From a virus, in IMG/VR virus record IMGVR_UViG_3300035670_000147, positions 1 through 64,000 of that record: DNA of 64,000 nt; one strand, given 5' to 3'. Of this stretch, positions 56,471 to 64,000 are shown in pieces (within the stretch, counting starts at the first letter, position 1; each line of letters starts with the position of its first letter). A model generated the notes under the pieces. That model worked only from the letters and a program-made list of their open reading frames with translations, ran no database searches and was not told the origin of the DNA. The translations under genes were made by a program, and so were the position numbers.

Positions 56471-57164
56471 GCAAGACAACACCCCGTTTGAAGACCAGTT
56501 TCCGCCCGGGAGTGGTCCGGAAAACAAGGTAGCAAAGGTCAGCGCGCTGTGTTCGTATGGAATGCGGCCGCACGTAATGACCGGATTTCTGCGGCAACTA
56601 TTAATCGGCCACTTCTCTGACCCCGAAAACATTGAAGAGCCGCGTATACGCCGCCACATTCAAGAAATCGGAACATGGCAACCGTCGCAAAACGGTTTGA
56701 ACTCGGGCGGGATTTTGATAGAAAGTATTACTAGATGGGCGCCAAATACCGCCGATAAACGTCCGGCCATACTAATTAAAAGAAATGGCTGGCAGTGGTC
56801 TTCGCGAGTAATTGGTGACAGGTCCGTTGAAAATCTTTATACTGGAGAGACAGGTTACGTAGGTTTCTGGGAAGGCAGCCATACACTATTCTGCCTCGCC
56901 CAAAACGGTGCCGAAGCCGAGTTTTTATCCACGGAGGTGTTCAAGTTTTTAATACTTTTCTCGCCAATGATTAGGGAACAAATGGATTTGTTTAAATTCA
57001 TGCCCACCCAAGTCGGCGGTGTTGGGGAAGTACAAGAGGTGATGCAGGGGTATGCCGTCCCGATCACTGTGACGTATGTGGCCGAGGAAGCGTGGTCGCT
57101 CCAGCCGTACGTCCCGCGGCTTAAGCGGATTGTCTTTAAGGCATCAGATTTGTTGTCAGGTTAA
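56448..57164 (+). CDS. putative tail terminator/completion protein
   Basis: RPAILIKR motif; directly upstream of the sheath gene. Confidence 0.55.
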   Translation: MTDCPNPEQDNTPFEDQFPPGSGPENKVAKVSALCSYGMRPHVMTGFLRQLLIGHFSDPENIEEPRIRRHIQEIGTWQPSQNGLNSGGILIESITRWAPNTADKRPAILIKRNGWQWSSRVIGDRSVENLYTGETGYVGFWEGSHTLFCLAQNGAEAEFLSTEVFKFLILFSPMIREQMDLFKFMPTQVGGVGEVQEVMQGYAVPITVTYVAEEAWSLQPYVPRLKRIVFKASDLLSG

Positions 57165-57263
57165 ATTTTGTCGCGAGGTGTTTTTTTCAAGCATGAGTGG
57201 TTGTGTATACTACTCGCTAAGCACTTGACCGCACACAAATAACTGAGGCACGGAGGCCTTCGC

Positions 57264-60200
57264 ATGTCGAGTTATATCAAGCCACAAGTATTAGTCTTCC
57301 AAGAGTTCCGGATCGTCCCGACGGAGATCACGGAACCGCTGCGCGCCCACATCGCCGGCCCGCACGCCATCCTTCACCGCTACAGCGATCTTGACGAGAA
57401 GAAGACCATTCTTCTTGGGCAATATGATCGGCTGAACGACATTTGCTATCTGTGGCCGTCGCGTCGGCCCGGTTCGATCGTCGACCTGCCGTACACGAAG
57501 GTGTATATGGACGACGCGCTGCTGAAGTATTTCGACCACGTACTTCAGAGCACGTACACCACGATCACCGCGGTAGACGGCAAGTTCAACTGGATTCAAT
57601 CGGACGATCTTTCGTTTAAGTCCAACACGTCGGCTTATCCGCGCAGCAGCGACTTCCTCGACCGCGACGTGGCGGTTGGCGACGTCGCTTACCTGCGCAC
57701 GGTGTATGACCGCGACGACGAGTGCCGCGAAATCGAACTGTGGACTGAAGTTGTTGGCTTTGCTAGCGACCTCGTCGACTCTTTGATCAAGCCCGCCGAA
57801 AACGACGAAGACAATCAGCCCAACACGCTGGCTTACTGCGGTATCCCGAACCCGGCCGTGGGCGACGATGGGCAGCCCGATGCTGACAACAACTATTTGC
57901 AAGTTGCCGGCAAAGAAAACTGCGTCAAACTCGTCGAACTTGACGGCGCTGCTTACAACGGCCTCGCCAGCGGCGATGTCGAAGAAGAGTACACTATTCA
58001 AGTTATTAAGAGCACCGTGTCGGGGTGCAACGCCGCGCGTCTGCGCGTGCGCAGCGCCAGCGGCCGCGACGATCAAGAAGAAGTTGTGCCGAACGACATG
58101 GGCCAGTGGACCGAAATCGGCACCCGCGGCTTGAAGGTCAAGTTTAACGTGCTTGACACCGAAGCCTGCATCGACGCCTCGGTGGCGAACGACGTTGTTT
58201 ATGATAACTTTGTCACCGGCCAGAAGTGGGTCGTGGCCGTGGCGCAAGAGTTTTACGCCGCAGACGCCGACTCGGCTGCTGACGGGCAGTTCACGGTGCA
58301 GTTGGACGGCGACATTGCCGGCGCTTACAACGGCGCTAAGAACGACGTTTACATTGTTGAGGTCACGAAGGGCGGCGCGTTGGACGCCGTGGTCGCCGAT
58401 ACGCTCGGCTTCCCGGAAATCACCGTACGCACCGTCAAAGGTCTCGACATGTCGGGCCCCACGGAGGTTGTGGAAAACGGCGGCGAAATCGGCATCGGTA
58501 CCAATGGCGTAAAGGTCATCCTGTCCGTCCCCGGTCCGGTGTCCGCGCTTGAGTTGCAAAACGGCGGCAGCACGTACACCACGGCTCCCACCGTGACGAT
58601 CGTCCCGCAGCCCGGCGAGCCGGGACAGGGCGCGACGGCTACGTGCACTATTAATGACGACGGCGTCGTCGACAGCATCACCCTGACAAACGCGGGCAGC
58701 GGTTACTTGAATCCGCCGCAAGTCGTGTTTACTGGCGGCGGCGGGACGGGCGCTTCGGCGCAGGCCTCGCTGAACGTCGGACTCCGGAAGGGTGACAAGT
58801 TCTACGTCGCGGTCGTTTCCAGCAAGGCTGGTCCGGTGCGCAAACTCATCCTTCGCGACGACCTGCCCAGCGAAATGCGCGACACCTACGTGCGCGCTTC
58901 GACTGTTAAGCAGTCGGTCAAGGTGGTTGCCGACGCGAACATCACGTTGGAAGGCCTGCAGACAATCGACGAAGTCGAACTGGAAGCCGGAGAACGCGTG
59001 CTCGTAGTCGACCAAGATGACGCGACCGAAAACGGGGTTTACGTTGTTAGCGCCGAGGCGTGGACTCGCGCCACCGATTTCGACGAAACATCCGAAATCT
59101 CGAAAAACGTTTACGTTCCGGTACTGTCCGGCGACACTTATGCCGGTTCGGGCTGGGTCGTGACGAACAGCGGCACGGTCGCCGTTGGTGAATCTGTTAT
59201 TAACTTTGTGCGCGACGACGAGGCGAACACAGATCGCCCCGTGCCGCTCGACCTGAAGTTGTTCATTAAGGACGACATCCAGATTTCGCGCGTCCGTCCG
59301 GAGACTTATGCTCTGACGAACTACTGGTTCGAAGACACGCAAATCTGCATTCAGGAAGGCATCACTGCCTATCATCCTGACTGGACGGCGACGGGCGTCG
59401 AGCAGCCGCTTCCCGTTGAAGCGGGCAAGGTGTACGTCGAGTACCGCGAATGGCTGGCCGAGTTCGCTGACGAAGTAAATTCGATCAGCGACGTCGCCGA
59501 TCTTGACGATCTTGCCGGGCAACTTCACCCGGATAACCCGCTGAAGTGGGGCGTGTACAAGGCGCTCTCCAACAGCAACGGTACGGTTGTGAAGTACACC
59601 GCGGTTGCCCACCCTGAAGAGTTCGATGAGACCGGGAAAATCCTCGGCCCCGACCTCGACAGTTGGGTACAGGTGCTTGAGCGCATCAAGGGTCGCGACG
59701 ATATGTACAACCTCGTACCGATGACGTTTGACCGCAGGGTGCAAAACCTGTGGGCTGCGCACATCGGCGCCGAGTCGAACGAGATCGCCAACAACTGGAA
59801 GGCCGGCTTCTTCTCCCTTAAGGCCGAGCCGAAGCAACTGGTTGTCGGCGAGGGCGCCCTTATCAAGGGCGTGCTTGGCGAAGTTATGGAGCCGATGCTT
59901 GCTACGCTGAAGGACGACCCGAACGCTACGGGCCAGCAGTACACGTTGCTGCAGGTTCCGCAGGGTACGACTTTCGCTAAGGGCTACTTCATCACCAATG
60001 AGGTGCAGCCGGGCGACATCGTGCGCTACAACTTCTCGGTCGACCAATACGGCGAGGAGCAGTACGAAGAGTATGTTGTCGATCAGGTTCTGTCGGAAAA
60101 CTCGCTGCGGCTGTTCACCGGCGCTGACGCGCCCGTGACGCAGGAACAGCGGTTTGAAATCTGGCACAACCGGAACCGCAACGAGATCGCGGAGGACATT

Positions 60201-60821
60201 GCGCAGCAAGCCGGTTCGCTTTCGAACCGCCGTATCTGCGCCGTGTGGCCCGATCAGGTAGGCGAGGCTGGCACGAGCCAGCCCGGCTACTACCTCGCCG
60301 CTGCGCTCGCTGGTCTCGTCTCCGGCGTGGTGCCTCACCAGCCGCTGACGAACGTTGAGGTCGCCGGTTTCGACGACTTCACGCGGTCCTACAAGTATTT
60401 CAATGAAACGCAACTGAACCGCATGGCGGAAGCCGGCGTGTGGATCGTCACGGAAGACCGCGACGGCACCCCGCACACCCGGCACGCTCTGACGACGGAC
60501 AACCTCGACCTGAATCGTCGGGAAGAGATGATCCGCCGCAATGTGGACTCGATGTCGTACCTGTTCCTGCGTCGGCTGCGTCCGTTCATCGGCCGCACCA
60601 ACGTGCAGCCCGGCATGTTGCGTCGTCTGAAGTTCGAGGTCGAAACAATCATCAACTTCCTGTCTAACAACGGCAACACGGAAGAACTGGGCTCGCAGTT
60701 AATCTCCGGCGAAATCCGGAAACTGCAAGTGCATCCGCTGCTGAAGGACCGGATTGAGATTGTGCTGGACCTCGTTGTTCCGGCGCCGCTCAACAACATC
60801 GAACTGCACTTGGTCGTCTGA
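57264..60821 (+). CDS. contractile tail sheath protein with inserted domains
   Basis: N-terminal YIKPQVLVFQEF; C-terminal AAALAGL..PHQPLTN, EEMIRRNVD..FIGR, VPAPLNNIELHL; 1185 aa. Confidence 0.85.
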   Translation: MSSYIKPQVLVFQEFRIVPTEITEPLRAHIAGPHAILHRYSDLDEKKTILLGQYDRLNDICYLWPSRRPGSIVDLPYTKVYMDDALLKYFDHVLQSTYTTITAVDGKFNWIQSDDLSFKSNTSAYPRSSDFLDRDVAVGDVAYLRTVYDRDDECREIELWTEVVGFASDLVDSLIKPAENDEDNQPNTLAYCGIPNPAVGDDGQPDADNNYLQVAGKENCVKLVELDGAAYNGLASGDVEEEYTIQVIKSTVSGCNAARLRVRSASGRDDQEEVVPNDMGQWTEIGTRGLKVKFNVLDTEACIDASVANDVVYDNFVTGQKWVVAVAQEFYAADADSAADGQFTVQLDGDIAGAYNGAKNDVYIVEVTKGGALDAVVADTLGFPEITVRTVKGLDMSGPTEVVENGGEIGIGTNGVKVILSVPGPVSALELQNGGSTYTTAPTVTIVPQPGEPGQGATATCTINDDGVVDSITLTNAGSGYLNPPQVVFTGGGGTGASAQASLNVGLRKGDKFYVAVVSSKAGPVRKLILRDDLPSEMRDTYVRASTVKQSVKVVADANITLEGLQTIDEVELEAGERVLVVDQDDATENGVYVVSAEAWTRATDFDETSEISKNVYVPVLSGDTYAGSGWVVTNSGTVAVGESVINFVRDDEANTDRPVPLDLKLFIKDDIQISRVRPETYALTNYWFEDTQICIQEGITAYHPDWTATGVEQPLPVEAGKVYVEYREWLAEFADEVNSISDVADLDDLAGQLHPDNPLKWGVYKALSNSNGTVVKYTAVAHPEEFDETGKILGPDLDSWVQVLERIKGRDDMYNLVPMTFDRRVQNLWAAHIGAESNEIANNWKAGFFSLKAEPKQLVVGEGALIKGVLGEVMEPMLATLKDDPNATGQQYTLLQVPQGTTFAKGYFITNEVQPGDIVRYNFSVDQYGEEQYEEYVVDQVLSENSLRLFTGADAPVTQEQRFEIWHNRNRNEIAEDIAQQAGSLSNRRICAVWPDQVGEAGTSQPGYYLAAALAGLVSGVVPHQPLTNVEVAGFDDFTRSYKYFNETQLNRMAEAGVWIVTEDRDGTPHTRHALTTDNLDLNRREEMIRRNVDSMSYLFLRRLRPFIGRTNVQPGMLRRLKFEVETIINFLSNNGNTEELGSQLISGEIRKLQVHPLLKDRIEIVLDLVVPAPLNNIELHLVV

Positions 60822-60855
60822 CAAACAAATTAGAGTTCAAAGGAGTTAACAAACT

Positions 60856-61317
60856 ATGCCATCGGTCTTTCAAGGTACAAGTCAGGCGCTCAACGGCGTC
60901 ATCCGGGCTGAGGACGTTAAACTCACGTTCCCGGGTGCCGCCGGCGGGGCCGACGGGGCTCTTGTTCAGCAGGCGCAAATCACCTGCGAGCGCACCGTCA
61001 ACATGATTTATGAAATCGGCTCGTCGAAAGTTTATTACGTCGGCGACCGTCGTCGTGGCACTGCGCAGTTCAGCCGAGTTGTCGGCGGTTCGGCGTCGTT
61101 CAAGGCGATGATTGCTCAGTTCGGCGACATCTGCAAAGCGCCCGACAACCACATCGACATGGAAGTTGGGTCGAGTTCTTGCGGCGGTACCAACGGCACC
61201 ATGAACTACAAGATGATGTCGGCGACGTTAAACTCGCTGGGGGCGTCTGTGACGGCCCAAGACATCGTCGTAACGGAGAGCATGGGCTTCATGTTCGTCG
61301 ACCTCGAATACGTCTGA
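60856..61317 (+). CDS. tail tube protein
   Basis: Follows the sheath gene; AAGGAG RBS; IYEIGS motif; beta-rich 153 aa. Confidence 0.75.
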   Translation: MPSVFQGTSQALNGVIRAEDVKLTFPGAAGGADGALVQQAQITCERTVNMIYEIGSSKVYYVGDRRRGTAQFSRVVGGSASFKAMIAQFGDICKAPDNHIDMEVGSSSCGGTNGTMNYKMMSATLNSLGASVTAQDIVVTESMGFMFVDLEYV

Positions 61318-61343
61318 TTCGTTTAATATTGGCTTATACCGAA

Positions 61344-61376
61344 AAACGGCGGTTGCGGTTTCCGCAGCCGCCGTTT
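61344..61376 (+). terminator. terminator-like hairpin after the tube gene
   Basis: AAACGGCGGTTGCGG-TTT-CCGCAGCCGCCGTTT. Confidence 0.7.
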
Positions 61377-61440
61377 AAGGTATATGGGCTTCGGCCCGGG
61401 GTCTTTTTGACCCGTAACCGCACCTTAACTGGTGGATAAA

Positions 61441-64000
61441 ATGGCAGAAAATGGCGATAATTCCGCCGGGCAATCCGGCGGCAAAACTTCTTTTGGCGTC
61501 GACGTTCCGTCCGCCATGAACGCGGCCGCAAACATCGCCAACGCGATGATTGGCGGCGGAAAAACCACCAACGCGGTCGGGGGCATTGCTTTAGGCGGGA
61601 TAGCCGCGGTGGCGAACGCGGCGACTGGCGGCGCGATGAGCCAGACGCATAAGGGCACAGGCGTCGGTTCCAGCCCCACAACTCAGACACAGTATTTTCA
61701 CGACCCGTCAGCGGCCGCGCGCAGTGTATTGAGACAAATCGTAGGCCGCGGCGTTCTCGGCGACTACGGCTCCAATCTAGCCTCAGTAGCCGACCCATTT
61801 CTTAACATGGTCGGGTACAAAACGGGCTTTCAGGACACCGGCCGAATCTTAACGGGGATTATTCACGACGGGACGCCGATCGCGAATAACTATATTGTGC
61901 ACCCCGACCACGGGCACAATCCCGTCATCGCCGTAGCCATGACGCACACAAGTTCCGCTGCGTTCGGAGTGACGGAATTAAACACGTATATTCCCGGCAC
62001 CCGCGTCATTGTCATGATTCAAGACAAGGACTATCGGGGCGTCATTCTCGGAGCAATTCCGCACACCTTGGAGTGCGGCAAACGCGCCTTTCAAGATTAC
62101 TACTCGCAAGCCAGCCGAAATCGCGTAGATGACTGCCAGAAAAAGCACATCAAGCAAGAAAAAAGTTCGAACATGGCTGACTACGCCAATTGGCGGCCAT
62201 ATGACGCGACATTAGCCGGCGAGTGGGGCGCGATTTCATCGACAGGCGCGAGAATTACTCTGGACGATTTTATGTTCCAGACCGCCGTGAATGAGTTTTG
62301 CGGCGTGTACGGCTTTTATCACGACAGCCTGCTCCGGATTGCCGGTTACAACATGCAGGTTTGGACCGCCGGCAGCGAACGCGACGCCTACATGGATCAG
62401 GCTGAGTGCAACGACTCGCAGGGTTACACGCCGTATCCGTGGGAAGGTATGGGTGTACTCATTCCGGGTCCGCCTATTATCGAGGAGTATGAGCCGGGCT
62501 GTTATCACTGTTTTGAGCAAAAGCCGTACTACTCACGCTGGGAAAATAAACACGAATTTGCGCAGCCTTATCACCGCTCGCAAATTTTCTACGGTTATCT
62601 CGGGCAGGGGATGCGGCAACTTGTACACGCCCCGCCGCCCGGAAAAGAGCGCTGGACGTACAAGGGCGTTCCGGGCCCAACCGGCGATACGCCGTTTGAT
62701 TCCAAGGTCGAGCCCCGGCGTAACGGCGGTACGCTTAGTTACAACTGCGAAGGCGGCCCCGATAAAGATAAAGACCACCAAGAAGAGCCAGTATACGGCC
62801 TGAGCGAAGAAAACAAAGCGCTCGATGGTCGGTTGTTTCTGGCGTCGGCTAAGGGTGTGCATATCTCGAAGCGCATTTTGTTGCCGTTTCCGCAGCGCAT
62901 CAAGCGACCAGAAGATTACAAAAACGGCGACGAAGCAGAGAAAAACTACAAGGCTGCTAGCAAGTACGGTTCCGGGCCTGAGCACGACATAACTGGCACT
63001 ATTAAGACCACAGACGATCAGTATCCAAATTTTCAGCGTGCGGCCGCGCTACTGGACCTGCACGGTTACCTGTACAACTACGCCGGATTACACGCGTTCT
63101 ACTGGCATGAAAAAGACTATAAGACGTGGGAACAGCAAGACCTGCCGTACGCCAAAACTAATCAAAAAATCCCGAAGTTCAATCGGCTGCTGGGCAAGAT
63201 GTATCTGAAAGAAGAAATCCCAGTCAACTTTAAAATCGACCACCGTTACGACAAAAAAGGCGAGCAAAAATTCTACGAGACTGAGTCTTTTGTGTCCCTG
63301 CTCGAAGACGGCGGCATAGTTATCGGCGACGGGTACGGCGGCGAAATTCGGATGACCGGTGGCTGTGTTTTTATCTCGGCTCCGGGTGACATTTGGCTGA
63401 AGGGCGGGCGAGACGTACAGACGTGGGCCGGCAACGACGTTATTGCGCGAGCAAACAAAACTGTCGATATATCGGCTACGGAGAAAAATGTCCGCATCAA
63501 AGCCGAGCGCAACGTGTTGGTGCTCGCGGGCAACGAGACGTCGGATCGCGAGGGCGGCATTCTGCTTGAGAGCCGCAGTAAAACGACAATTTACGACTTT
63601 GAAAAGTGCGGCGACGAGATTTTATTCGGGGGCGTGGTTATGCGCGCGCCAAAGTCGAATGTCGTGGCGCTGGCCAAAGATATCTATTTGCGGACTGGAG
63701 GCGGCGAGGTCGAAAAGGGCGACATTTACATCGACGCGTCAGTGGGCGAAAAAGACATTATCACCAAGTCTAATGACATACATCATTTCGTAAAAGAAGA
63801 AGGGCGTATTTACCAGTACTTTGGCGGGCAAGAAGTTGGCGGGGCAACGAAAGCCAACATGTTTTCAAAAAATATCAACCTGCTGTGCGACGACACAAGC
63901 ATCGGCGGCAATGCTTTTATCAACGGATTTGTGCTCTGCAACCGCGATATCTTTGTGCATGACGGGCATATCTTCACCAAAGACGCCGAGCAAACGCCAA
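61441..64000 (+). CDS. baseplate hub/central spike protein (gp5/VgrG-like), 3' truncated
   Basis: Reads open from ATG 61441 to the window end in the stretches translated (absent from the ORF track, consistent with no stop); OB-like YIPGTRVIV..GVILGAIP and repetitive beta-strand spike region (IVIGDGYGGEIRM..VFISAPGDIWLK). Confidence 0.65.
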   Translation, partial: MAENGDNSAGQSGGKTSFGVDVPSAMNAAANIANAMIGGGKTTNAVGGIALGGIAAVANAATGGAMSQTHKGTGVGSSPTTQTQYFHDPSAAARSVLRQIVGRGVLGDYGSNLASVADPFLNMVGYKTGFQDTGRILTGIIHDGTPIANNYIVHPDHGHNPVIAVAMTHTSSAAFGVTELNTYIPGTRVIVMIQDKDYRGVILGAIPHTLECGKRAFQDYYSQASRNRVDDCQKKHIKQEKSSNMADYANWRPYDATLAGEWGAISSTGARITLDDFMFQTAVNEFCGVYGFYHDSLLRIAGYNMQVWTAGSERDAYMDQAECNDSQGYTPYPWEGMGVLIPGPPIIEEYEPGCYHCFEQKPYYSRWENKHEFAQPYHRSQIFYGYLGQGMRQLVHAPPPGKERWTYKGVPGPTGDTPFDSKVEPRRNGGTLSYNCEGGPDKDKDHQEEPVYGLSEENKALDGRLFLASAKGVHISKRILLPFPQRIKRPEDYKNGDEAEKNYKAASKYGSGPEHDITGTIKTTDDQYPNFQRAAALLDLHGYLYNYAGLHAFYWHEKDYKTWEQQDLPYAKTNQKIPKFNRLLGKMYLKEEIPVNFKIDHRYDKKGEQKFYETESFVSLLEDGGIVIGDGYGGEIRMTGGCVFISAPGDIWLKGGRDVQTWAGNDVIARANKTVDISATEKNVRIKAERNVLVLAGNETSDREGGILLESRSKTTIYDFEKCGDEILFGGVVMRAPKSNVVALAKDIYLRTGGGEVEKGDIYIDASVGEKDIITKSNDIHHFVKEEGRIYQYFGGQEVGGATKANMFSKNINLLCDDTSIGGNAFINGFVLCNRDIFVHDGHIFTKDAEQTP

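Noticed and set aside
57291-60485. 1064-aa antisense ORF opposite the sheath gene (and similar ones opposite the MCP and RNAP)
   Set aside because: Expected shadow of strong GC-rich codon bias on the sense strand; no RBS or recognisable motifs
1-64000. Alternative genetic code or stop-codon reassignment
   Set aside because: Standard-code ORFs tile the window densely, with TAA, TAG and TGA all used as stops

Overview
This window is a 64 kb, almost entirely + strand segment of a large tailed bacteriophage, most likely a jumbo myovirus; a Planctomycetota-like host is a weak inference. It holds: (i) a block of modular, low-complexity, Gly-rich putative head-internal proteins (0.2-14 kb, 21-24 kb, 29-31 kb); (ii) an accessory block (GT4, PD-(D/E)XK-like protein, ferritin-like protein, tRNA-Asn, FkbM, HAD, actin-like ATPase, GDPD-like protein); (iii) a holin-like gene and a membrane-protein/protease cluster (matrixin, papain-like); (iv) a bacterial-type multisubunit RNA polymerase split unusually into beta+beta'N and beta'C; (v) the head module (prohead protease, scaffold, decoration protein, major capsid protein), neck genes, tail sheath, tail tube and the start of a gp5/VgrG-like spike; and (vi) a MoxR-VWA module inserted between neck genes. 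Three unexplained layers stand out. A recurring K-x-A/S motif plus an 'AAxxFGxKVA' leader separates unrelated domains, including a 2H phosphoesterase, a Nudix hydrolase and an SNF2 helicase, which suggests protease-processed capsid-cargo polyproteins. CsrA/RsmA-type ANGGAN hairpins overlap many translation starts. Two large, highly base-paired intergenic regions (about 230 nt and about 550 nt) look like unannotated structured ncRNAs. All family assignments come from motif recognition by eye; no database searches were run.
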